Shown here one piece after another: positions 38,972 to 50,773 of a stretch of 64,000 nucleotides of DNA. The notes beneath the pieces are model-generated. The model did no database searches and was not told the DNA's origin. It saw nothing but the letters and a program-made list of their open reading frames with translations. Both the position numbers and the translations under genes were made by a program. How positions within the stretch are numbered: position 1 is the stretch's first letter; the number at the start of each line of letters is the position of its first letter. Source of the stretch: Phoronis australis (Eukaryota; Animalia; Phoronida); contig NMRA01000100.1 in NCBI GenBank assembly GCA_002633005.1, positions 206,497 to 270,496 on the forward strand, read 5' to 3'.

Positions 38972-41751
38972 TCAACAATCGATCTGGTCAGTTACTGCAA
39001 AGTTGCTCGTCTTCACTCCAGCGCGTTCCAGATTTTGTCTCAATCTGTTCACAATGGACTCGTCGAGAGTAGGTGTACGAGACGCGATCCAGGCAGTCTC
39101 CACTTTAAAAGGTTTCGTGTGGTGGTTTGAACAAGAGTAAACGACTGAATATTTGTCGTAATCGGTGTCCACCACCCTGTAATTTGCGTACGGTTGTAAC
39201 TCTGGAATACAAGGGTTTTGCACAGAGTTAGAGGATTTGCCACTACATAGCTGTCTGCGTTGATTTTTTATGGGGACACTATCGCGTTGAATGAGATCAA
39301 CTTCTTCAGGTTGCTGGGTTTGACAAGAAATATAAAACAACAAAAATACGGTGTGTTTATGTAACACAAATCGCAAACTCTCGTTGTTGCATCCATCAGA
39401 CATTCGCTGAGATCAAGTTCGGTGTCTTTGCCATTGCAAGCTAATTAACGCGATGGATTAATCCAGTCCGAAGTTAGTGGGTTCGAGTCCTGGCAGGGTA
39501 CATCTCATTATGCAAATTACTTTTCTTCTCGTTAATTTCCCTTTATAATCTAAAAATAATTGCTGGAAGTCTTGTGCAACGTGTGTAGCCCGCACTGATC
39601 ACCCGAAACCATTTTTATGCTTTATTAATACATTGACAAAACCGGGCTGAGGAGCTGGAGACCCGACTAAAGGGTCTACCCCACTGGGACTCGAACCCAT
39701 GTCCTTCAGTAAAGGAACCGACGCTTATCCCACTAGGCCACACTGCTTCCTCCTATTAGTGTAGACGAAATAAGGAAACACCAAAATAAGGCTTATGATA
39801 TGTCGTAGGGCAACTCAAGAGATTTCATTTGGTGCGTAATTTGGATATTTTAGAATTTGTTTTGGCTTACGCCCCATTTGAGCACAAATCGTTGAGAAGC
39901 GTTTTGTGTTTAAAACATTACCACACTTATCCGATGCTGAATTGTTGCCGGTGACCTATTTCATAGACATTAGAGGCTAAATTTAAATTCGTTTTCCTGT
40001 TTTGACAGCTAAATACTGAAGAAATACAGTTTTAAGTAAGTATTAAGTTAAACAGTGCAACGAACCCGCGCCTTCCGTTTGTCAAAAATAAACTTACTAC
40101 ATATTTGACCACTTATGCTCATAAAATCGTTCCTTTCTCACACTTGAAAAGATTTCTGAACTTGAAAAGGATCTGACAGTTTGCTGTAGTTAGTTTGTGA
40201 CAGAAGGTTAATTTTAAGTACCGAAGCAGTGTGGCAGTAGGGGGGTATCCAGGCATTTCATTGGAACTAATTTCATTTTAAACATTCCATTACTTTGGAA
40301 GAGCAAATGTACATATGTTGAAAGTTGTTTTTGAGACCAAAATATATTTTATAGCCGCTTTAATCACAATATTTGGTTATTCAAAATGTTTAGCTATAAA
40401 AGGCTTTGGCTCACCTGACCAACGCATGGCTACCTTTGAAGGCACCGTGGGATCTGGTGTGTAGGCGTCGCCAGTTAGTTGGAATATTTCGCCAGTGCTG
40501 GAAGGGAATTCACAGGCTGAATTACTAGTCAAATGAGAAGTTAGTGTAGGGTGTAATGGGTCTGCCCTCGTCCGGGAAAACCAAAAGAAAAAAAGTGGCC
40601 CGCACATAGATTACAAGGGTTACTTTAAAAATGCATTGTAGTTGACCCTTGCGATCTTGCAGTGATAGAAACAGTTACAAATGGCAGTGAGAGAGTGTGA
40701 TTATGTGGACAATTTTTTCAGTGGCCAAGAACAAGGAATAAATGAAATCATTCAAACACATCCCACACTCGGCCGGGAAAACTTAAAAATTAATTGACGT
40801 GCATGTATGATCCGATCCCTTGACAGGGTGGCAAGGGCATACTTACAGGCACTCAGTTGATTAAGTTAGCTATAAGGTCAACGTTGAAACGATTGAATTT
40901 GATGGCGTTAGACACCGAAAATTAACATTCTCGATTCTAACTGCCGAATTATTCAGAAGTAAGACGATTTTGGTGACTGTACCTGGTGACGACTGCTAAA
41001 TTTTCACCAAACATCTAATTCAAATAGAGCCCGTCTCGGTATAAAGCAGCTTTCACGGGAATTTGGTGATGCTGATATATAAGCAAGAGAAGAAATATGT
41101 TAGGGAGGCGCAAATTGTAGTGGGGGAGGGAAACCTGCGTCGGTGAGAAAAACGAAAAAGTTTCCAAATCCAGTTTGACAAGCTCGTATCAAGCATTTCT
41201 TGATTTAACAATTAAGTGAAAAGAAATTGTAGCTTTAAATGAACTGCTGTGTACCTGATTTTGATTCCTATCATAAGCACGTTAACATGATGGTCACCTG
41301 GCGCCTCAGTGTACCTGCCACGGGTGCACTTCAATCCCACTTTCAAATTGGCAAAGAAATGCTGAATTTCAAACCAGTCACCAAGGTACTGTAAAAGCAT
41401 TCATTGTAAATTCACTTAATAAGAAATGGGAATTTCATTGTATTGCTGTATTCCCTGAGGAGTAGTTAATGAATTATAAAATTGAAAACGGTGCGTTTAG
41501 AACTGTCAAAAATGGATCTGCAAATTGACATTTCAGGAAGGACTCGGTGTTTACGTGCGAAAGGCTTAGAATTACACTCACAAGCAAAAATAGTTTTAAG
41601 TCAGTTTAACGTCGTATTTGTGATCCTCAAACTTACTTACCCGTGTCACGTTGAATGAAGGCATCGGAGAGATGTCAGGACATCTTCCCTTGCTATGAAC
41701 TTGCGCACTGACAACGACTAGCGAACACAGCGCAACGACGACTTGAAACAT
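38972..41751 (-). CDS. ApoD-like lipocalin, copy 3 (divergent clade, inverted); exons 41751-41641, 41388-41255, 40497-40415, 39201-38972; 185 aa
   Basis: MFQVVVALCSLVVVSAQVHSKGRCPDISPMPSFNVTR | YLGDWFEIQHFFANLKVGLKCTRGRY.. | STGEIFQLTGDAYTPDP.. | ELQPYANYRVVDTDYDKYSVVYSC..AWIASRTPTL..TDQIDC*. Introns align with those of copies 1 and 2. Confidence 0.92.
39676..39748 (-). mobile_element. Paralogous tRNA-derived SINE head in intron 3 of copy 3
   Basis: Reverse complement reads gcagtgTGGCCTAGTGGgataagcgtcggttcctttactgaaggacatgGGTTCGAGTCCCagtggggtag. Confidence 0.65.
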
Positions 41752-42257
41752 GACGACGGTGAATGTCGAACTGACTGGACCACCCGACGACGTGTGCGCA
41801 CCTTAAAAATTACAGGTCTGTTCTCGCGTAAGGTTCTTTTCAACCGACAGACGTGCCTATTATATTAGCATTAACAAAGATTTATCTATGAGTTACAAAA
41901 TGTATGCTGGTGTTATGACGATTATTCAATTATAAACCTTACAAAGTTGGATATCATCGATGCGAAGAATCAATGTGGTTGCATCCACATTGACGGAATC
42001 TGGTGTCAAAAACTTTAAACCCTTTACAACGTGGTCGCATATGCTTGCATTCGGTTACCAACAAATTCGGCAGGCTCATAATGTCATACACACCACCCTC
42101 GATCACCACTAGTACAGCAGCGACACCGAGTGGAGAATTCTCCGAATAGCCCCAATGAACATCAACCCGCACACGTCGAAATAAACTCATAAATTAAGCC
42201 CCTCAAAGAATTTATTCACTCGAAAATTCGGCTTCTTGTTTTTCGCTTGTCAGTCCA

Positions 42258-43300
42258 TTATTACTTGGCGAAATAAATTTCGCAAAGTATGTTGCGCTGT
42301 CATTAAGTTCGCACGACACAGGTCGTAATTTTCGTCCGATCATCACGAAATTTACACATATCACGCAGTTTCGGAAGTGCTGAAAGCCTATTGTTTTTCG
42401 TCATAATCGAATCCAAGATGGCGGATATGGCGGCCATTTTGTTTCCATTTTAAGATTCAAATGCTCCTGGAGGTTCTAATTTTGTACGTACAGAGCTGAG
42501 AATTAGTATAATTTTTGAAAAGAGCGCGTGCTACATCTGTACCGGGTATGGTTAACTTCCGGTTAAAGATGGCTGAAATATCGGCAATCGCGCATGCGCA
42601 CCTCGATTTTGGGGAAAAAAGTTTTCTCCTGTAGAGGGCGCATTATAGGGGTAATTCCTCCAAATTCTTGCAGGTGTTAGTTTCTTATGACGTTCGATTA
42701 TTCAGATCTAAAAAACCGGAAGTTGCTTCCAAGATGGCGGATTTGGCCCATGTTGACCTATTTTCAGTCGTGCTGGAGTGCCATTTTAAACGGGAAGAGA
42801 GAATGACGTAAATTTTTGCATGTGGATTCTTTGAAGTATAGCCTTTCAAATGACATGTAACATTTATTTTCTCAGACTTATGTTTTCGAGTTATTTGACT
42901 TTGAATTTCTTAAAAACACGAAAAATTACATTTTTTTTCGAAAAATTTACGGAATTGTGTGATACTATCAATTTAGATAGAGTTTTGAATGGGATTTCAG
43001 AAGATATTTTTCATTTTCCGCTACAACGTCTACTTTTCGAATTATTCGAGATTTTCTGATAGCACTGTTCCTTTGTTGAGCGCTCTTACTGTATTGTTGT
43101 TTGTTAAGCTTCAATTGAACAAGACTGTAGCCTATTTCTTACTGATTTATGACATCTAAGTTCGTCATATGAATGTCATGATGTTTGTTCACCATCGCCC
43201 CCACCACCATCATCATATTCGTCATCAACTTCGTCACCATCTCCCTCGTTGTCTTTTCAGTTAATTTCGCCAAGTGTCGCTCAAGACTAGCCTATTTCTT
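42258..43300. mobile_element. Non-autonomous insertion with Helentron/HINE-like structure, upstream of copy 3
   Basis: Begins ttattacttggcgaaataaatttcgcaaag (a hairpin), with an inverted sub-terminal copy aatttcgccaag near 43263. Internal aagatggcgg repeats and (catcgt)-type simple repeats. It splits a block that is contiguous upstream of copy 1 (6515-6680). Confidence 0.45.
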
Positions 43301-46300
43301 ACTGATTTCGGACTTCTGCGTTCGTCATGTGTATGTTATTATTACTTCTATTGCTCATCCTCGCCACCATCGTCGTCATATTCGTCATCTTCGTCATCAT
43401 CTTTATCGTCATCTCGCTCCTCGGAGCACTTTCATTTTATTTTTTTTACCTAAAGCATTTTCTTCGTTCATTGGTTGGCCATTGGGTTCCTTTGATGACG
43501 TCAGTAGGTCAAAACTGAGAGTAGAAGAGGGCAGACGATTTGATTCGTTATTAATAGCGGAAGGTAAAAAGAGGTAAAAAGCAATCGGTAAGAACGTTTT
43601 CGGATTTTTAAACGTGTCAAACGAATTTGATGTAGTTAGTACTAACCCACTGAACAAGAATTTTCCTCCTATTCTTGTGATTTATATCCATTTCACCAAA
43701 TGGTGAAATGAATATAAATCAAATGGTGAAATTCTCTTTTGGACCTTCAACTTTACTTAAGGGCTGATTATTGGCTGTGATATTTCAAGCATTTATTCTT
43801 GAATTTCTGTACTTGAAATCAAGAAATAAACGCAAAAACTGAACAATTGAAAATTGGGTGTGACGTCACCAGCGAAAGTCATTGCGTTGTTCTAAACTAG
43901 CCGCGAGCCGTGGTTTGTTTTATTTGGACAGATTATGAAGTAACAAACTAATACATCGGAGTCAATAACATTCTCTATATTGCCCGCTCTTGCCGTTATG
44001 CTGACCAACTTACAATCTTTGAAACTCCTAAATCCGGTAAGATAGTCAAAATTAAGACAAAACGTGAAGTCAAAAACTTGCATCAAATTTAATATCTCTT
44101 TCTCGAAACGGAATAGAGGCAAATTTAAGTTTTATCTTAAAATTTACAAAAATTTGTGATTTGTCTAAGCTAAGTCAGTTTTCTTAGAACGGTTCCCAAT
44201 GCTATGGTGCTGCTTTGAGCTCTTTTTGTGTAGTAATGTAGAACGTCGTGACTCGATCCCGGATCTTGTTGCTGGCAAACGTGCACTGTGCCACCAGCAC
44301 GTCACCGAACTTTTAAACCTGTTGATGTCATCTGGATTCCGACACAATCGCCATCTAGTGAGATGTAGCGAGGGTAATTATCTTGGCATCATGAAATAGG
44401 CGGAGTTTTGAGAAGACATTCATATGTGACACGGTTTGAGCTAAACCAGCTCAAGAACGAAGTCGGTTATCCTCTTATTTTGTAAAAGACGCGATGGGTG
44501 TCATAATAAGACATAAAAGAGGACAAAATTTGAAGTTCTCAGTCCAGAAACAACGTAAGAAAATTAGTTACCCAGGAAATATAATCAAAGCCGTTGTGAT
44601 ATTTAAAATAGCATCGCACAACGAAATTTATCTGTTTCCAAAAGGATTTTAATCATTAACACAATTAGATTTGATTTTCAGTAACTCCTGTAAAATTCAA
44701 ATTTTTGCAGAATTGCTTTTGTTTAGGCGACTGTCACGAAAAAAAAATCGGTGACCCAAACATTTTATAAAAATTCAAATAGGCAAAGACCTAAATACAA
44801 AATATAAAAATTTAAAAAAAATGAACGATACATTATAACTGTGCAGACCTCATCAGCTGTTTTGTTGCTAGGCGCCGTGAAAATGCCCGATCCAGTGCAG
44901 ATCTGTTGTCAAAGCCTACTTTCTATATCGGAGACAACAAACAAAGCCTTTGAAAAGGGACAGCTGTTTTTAGAGAAAGGTATGTAAGTTGTTTTGTTAA
45001 TTTACTTATTCAGGTCTTTAGCGGTAGGTTGGCATAGGGGGCTGGGGTTGTAAAATTTGGTGCAACTGAATGTGTTGAAATAACAGGTAATAGTGTCCGG
45101 AAGAAAGGAAATGGTGAGGTAATTCTTAAACTTCATGAAGTTCTTTCACGTTTCATGAAACTGTTTTGCTATGCACCGTAAACCCCTAAAAATATGTTAA
45201 ATTCTCTGAATTCTCAATAACTAAACAGTCTTAACTGGTGCCTTGAAATGTTGCCAGTCGCTTTAAATTCATATGACTCATTTTTGTGAAAATTGCATTT
45301 TTGATGTGAACATACAATGAGCTCGTGTTTGAACATATTATTCTTACTGCCAATACGCAAACAATGGTGTCTCAGGATTTCTAATTACTCTTAAACAACA
45401 GAAAGATTATCCATCATTTTTTAAGTGACCCAAGTTTTCATATCCTCTATTAAAAGAAAAATAAAAAATCTTAGAAAGGGTTCCCTCAGCCTTAGACCAG
45501 AAGTGTGCTCAACAGACCTATGAATCTGTAATTGGTGTTTATAATTGCTGAAACTATCAAAAATCAAATGGCTTGAAACTGGTAAAAAAGGTTTGAAGTT
45601 GTCTCAAATAACTTGCATATTTTGCGGACTGAACCCCCCCCCCCCAAACACTAAAACTGCACACATTTAAATCTTGTTTCAGCCGTATAATTTTAATTAC
45701 AGGGGTTAATTAATAAACTCAACATTTCCAAGAACGCTCTTGCTGTTTTATTTTTGGGGCAGCCAAGGGGGGGGGGCCCTGCGCCCTCCCTAAATCCGCC
45801 TATGTCCTAGGGTTCTCGTTCGGATAAGGGTTGGCGAGTGCCCCGTACTTTTCAAATCCAGACCAGCGCCCTATCTTGGTGACCGGGTAAATTTGCATCC
45901 GAGACCTCGTCAACTATGACGAATCTCCGCCTCATGATAGCCGAGAAGACAACATGAGATACATATAGAGTTGGTGGCACTTCACTACCAACCCCACCTA
46001 TGGAAGAACTCCCGGGAGTTAGCATCAGCGTCTATATGCTTGATCATATGGCTGAATATATACATACATACACGAATCCATATGCCGTGTGTTTCGTTCG
46101 GAGAGAGCCTGAAACATGAATTAATTACAATTAGGAAACTTACATGCATAGTATAACTAACTAAAATAGTCGCAAATACTAAAAAGATTGGTTAAGACCA
46201 CTTAATTGTGGTCATGAATTTGTTCTCACAGTGTTCCTTAGTCAAATTAAATTGATTTCTGGGATTGAAAACGAAAAGTTCTTTGTTGCATCGATGACGT

Positions 46301-46601
46301 CATGTTTTCTAAGTTAACTTGTCACCGCAGCTTATTTTAGTGCTCCTAGAATAGTCACAAGTATTAAAGATCTGCGTTTTTTCCATGCCCAGAAACCACG
46401 TCTCGTCTAAGTGAAGGACAAGTCGAGATCAGTTTTCTAAATCAAACTTTAGTTAATGGAACGTGGGTTTATCGCCGAATTGTGTAATCATTTCCATGGG
46501 AAAACTTCCAGAGTGTAATGTTGCGTCATCGTGGTCCTTTATATGTTTCGAGTTAACAGCGCCCCACCTTTTTCTCCCTGTGAGACATTTGGTTGACACT
46601 C

Positions 46602-49600
46602 ATGATGACCATGAAACTTCGAACAATCTTCGTCGCGTGTGTATTGACTGTCGTCAGTGCGCAAGTACCCAGTTGGGGGAAGTGTCCGGATATCAAGTTG
46701 AAGGCGACCTTCGACATTAAGAGGGTGCGTACTTCTTACTCGCATAGTGACTGTTAGGCCATTGTAAACTGGACGCGGGGTTGCAGTAAAATCCTGCTAA
46801 AGTAATAGGTTATCTTCATCAGCAAGGATCGAATTTCAACTTCTGACTTTTCAAAATGTTGACAGCAAATCCATAGAACTGTAATCCTTGGTAATCTCGA
46901 AATCTTATGAGCACGAAATTAATGCCCAAATCTACCCATTCAGATGATTGTCATTATCTCTCAAAAGTCTTGGTTTTTCACAAAGATCTCCGTTTTTCTA
47001 CAAACGCGAATTTTTCCCATGAAACTTGCAAATTTTGTTTCTTCATTCTAGTAGCTAAAAAGAATGTCTAAAAATTTCTGTTAATGTTTTTTAGACCAAT
47101 GCTCGGCTATCAAAATTCAACGCCTCAAGGAATGTTGACATTTTTATTTTTGACAGCGGAGATCTCGCAATAAAAGGCTTTGAAAGAAAATCCCAAACAA
47201 GCTTTTGTATCATTCGAAAAAATCATGTTAGTGGAAATTAAAACGATCTCGGTGAAAAATCGTGATTTTTAGAAAAAACGCAATCTTAAGATTATGAACA
47301 CCCAGGAATTATTTTGATGCGCATACGTTTCTGTGATCGCCAAGGATTTAAAAATACGCAGTTATTTGGACCTATTATTAATAAAAATATCTTCAAGAAA
47401 GTTGATCCTAGTGGCAACGAAGGTAGCCTATAAATGGCAATACAAATCATGTTTCGGTGTCAAAAACAAGTTTTCCACATTGATGTTTGCACTTCCAAAA
47501 TAACGTCATCGCTTTCTTAAAAACTTTGCTAGAATTGAATTTGGTTACAATAAGACGGAATCATGTGGGAACCTTACGGCTTCGCCTGCTGAAATTAATC
47601 TGCTATGCAGGGTAACTGGCATAGACGAACATGATCTGGAAAAAGTATTGGTTTGGGTAAATGAAACGGTTATGCCCAGTCGTGCAAGCGTTTTGTGCTT
47701 TATGTTAGATTTATTTGCTTCTGACCAACCAAAACAACTTACACCAGTGACTCAGAAGGGCGAGGAACTGCCGACAGAGGGCAGCGGTGNNNNNNNNNNN
47801 NNNNNNNNNNNNNNNNNNNNNNNNNNNNNNNNNNNNNNNNNNNNNNNNNNNNNNNNNNNNNNNNNNNNNNNNNNNNNNNNNNNNNNNNNNNNNNNNNNNN
47901 NNNNNNNNNNNNNNNNNNNNNNNNNNNCCAGTGAGCCAGACTTATAGCGACTCTTTCGTTTTCGGGCAGTCACCAGATGGCGGGACCGTCTCAAAAACTT
48001 AAGTTATTTCCAAAAACTTAGGAAGTTTTTCTGCCAAAAACCTAACTTCACTTTTGTTAGGGCGCGAGTCGGCTCATCTGTTACTAACAAATAACATGTC
48101 ACGGAAATCGATATTTCCTGAGTCCACTCAAAACTAGTTTGACAAAAATACGATTTTCAAGAAAGGGAACGGTAGAACAAATGAGGCTGACACTTCTCGA
48201 AAACAAAAGAGGTCGCTTGGCACTGCCCCTTTGATGCTGATATTACAGGATAATGTAATTTGCTTTTCGTCAGTAAGTACCGCGTGTAGAGATGATTTGC
48301 CGGGCACGGTCTCAGTAAGGCTTACGAAGTAAGCTAGCGTCTGGCGGAAAAATTACTCACTCTCATTGCGTTTACTTTCAGTATCTCGGTGACTGGTATG
48401 ACGTTCAGCATTTCTTTGCCATCTTCCAAAGCGGCCAAGATTGTGTGAAAGCCACATATTCTCTTAAAGAAAACGGACACATCAACGTTTATAACAGAGG
48501 AGTGGTGACAAAGTATTCAAATTTGTTCTCTTTAAGGTCAGACTATCAGATTTTTGATACCGAGGAAACGCAGTACCATTGCGGCCTTCCATACTGGTTT
48601 GAAATAAATCTTATTTTCGTTTAAAGGAATTATAAAGAAGGGTTCGGACGGCTGAAGTGAAGTAAGTAATTGCTCTATGATGGAGGAATCTGCAAGTTGT
48701 TTATACGAAGTAAGCTTGTCCAAATTTTTTGTCCGGATACAGATACTGGTTTTGAAGGACACAAAAGGTGACACTACTTTGTCATCATTTGTGCTCAACG
48801 AACGGGGAAACAGAATTTCGTCAGCACGTTATTGCAAAGAGCCGTGAGCATGAATTTTTTTCTGAAAAGCGAACATTATAATTGACAAAAACTTGATAAT
48901 ATTCATATTCAGATATAACGACCGCCATCAGGAGGTACGTAAAGTAACTGTGTGCAAATTCAACTCCAGATTACGGGCGTCTTAGCTAAGAATTGATAAA
49001 AGATTGGTCAAATTTTCAAAAGAGGAGTGCATCTAATATGATGAGTCCGGTCCAAGCAAAAAGGATTAAATCGTGTTGTTTCAGGGTAGGATACAGAATT
49101 TTGATTTAGGGGGAAGGGCAGAGTATTAGCTAGGATTTTTCCCCTCAGAAATTGGCACCACCGAACTGCCAAATGGAATCTGGGAGAATTTTAAGGGGGC
49201 CATGCCTCCCTTAAATCCGCCACTGTGTTTGTTGTAATCGCAGGCTGTTTATCTCAGTCGTAGACTGAGATCTTCATCGGGACCTCTGTAATCTGTGTTT
49301 CGTTCTTTAGGACGGGCCAAATGAAGAACGCCACCGGTGATGGATATGTCCCTGATCCAAATTTCCCGTCCAAACTCGGAGTGCGCTTTTTTGGTTTGTA
49401 TTTACATGCAGGTGATATTGTGTGCCAGACCTTTATACAAGCTCCAACGTCTAACAGAGGCCAGTAAAACAGTCGATCATAAAGACTGTGATTGATTTAA
49501 TATATTATTTTTTATTGGCTACGTAACGTTTTGCGAAACTTTGCCTAATGATCAAATCAGAAGACTCTACAACCCATCACCGTGCCTGACTATCAGCAAG

Positions 49601-50773
49601 CCATCGAAGAGAAACTAAAATTGTCAATTTGACACAGGAGATTGTGGCGACTGGAGAGGACAACTGAGAAACCTTAAGAAGGTACTGGTTTGTCAACTGG
49701 ACAAAAAGTGATGACGTTTCTTCCTTTTGTCCTTAACAACAGAATTATTTCTGTTAAGAATTACATTTCGCCTCTGTTTAGCTGTCAATGTTGAATTCCC
49801 TACCAAAACGCTTTGGGGGCATTGCCACGCTCATACCATTGAGAATTGTTGCCGAATGACGTAGCAACTCAAATTAGCTGAGTGAGTCTTTGATTTTTCG
49901 ATGTTCTTGTTGGTAATGGAAATAGAATCCTAGCAATGCCAGAATAACCTCCTAGTAACATTCAGACTAAGTTTGCATTTCTGCCACTAGGTGTCACTTT
50001 ACATTTTTAAATTTCATGTTTACAATTAGTCTACAACAGAAAAACATGTAATGTCAGTGTATTATTGTTCAATAGAATGACACCGATGGGACCATATTAC
50101 TTGTTTTACAAAAAAGAGAGCACAAACTGTTGTTTTTACAAATATAAGTTCTCTAAGCTCTATGGTGGTTATTACGCAACTTCAAACTCAAATTTCTCAA
50201 AAATGTGCAACTTTAAATGTGGGAACTTTTTAGATTTTGAAAAAACTCTAGTAAATGAATTAAAAAACACCAAAATAAAATTGCCCCCCTAAAGTACTCA
50301 CAAAAAACATTTTCTAGAAGCCCTACAAATTCTGGCCCCCCGCCTACTATTAAGAAGCTGATTTTATGACAGTAAAAGGTCTCACTCGATTTCCGTTTTT
50401 AGACAGCTGAACAGAGCAAAATGCAGCTATTAATCAAATGATGGAGAGTTGCTTTAATTTCTGAGAAATTAGCAACCGAAAAGCAAAAACTTTCGCATTG
50501 AATAGAATGGACACTGAGTCACGCACATTATTTTCAGATCTACAACCGTACGCTCCATATTGGGTAGTCGACACAGATTACGACAGCTATTCCCTCGTCT
50601 ATGCGTGCACCAACATCCTTGGCCTGGCCAAGACCGAGTTTGTGTGGATTCTTTCGCGTAAACCAACACTAGATGACGAAACTGTCCAGAAATTATATCG
50701 CATACTGACGGACAGCGGCGTGGATCCCAGTCACTTTAAAGTTACCAAACAACAGGGCTGTCCACCATTGTAA
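46602..50773 (+). CDS. ApoD-like lipocalin, copy 4 (most ApoD-like, oldest-looking paralog); exons 46602(or 46611)-46724, 48382-48512, 49311-49393, 50538-50773
   Basis: MMTMKLRTIFVACVLTVVSAQVPSWGKCPDIKLKATFDIKR | YLGDWYDVQHFFAIFQSGQDCVKATYSLKENGHINVYNRG | TGQMKNATGDGYVPDPNFPSKLGVRFF | DLQPYAPYWVVDTDYDSYSLVYAC..FVWILSRKPTL..QQGCPPL*. Intron 1 contains an N gap (47790-47927). Confidence 0.93.

Noticed and set aside
43185-43577. Hydrophobic or His/Arg-rich ORFs resembling a membrane protein
   Set aside because: They arise from (CAT/CGT)n simple repeats at a transposon end.
47648-48002. ORFs spanning the N gaps (also 62485-62685)
   Set aside because: They are open only because of the Ns.
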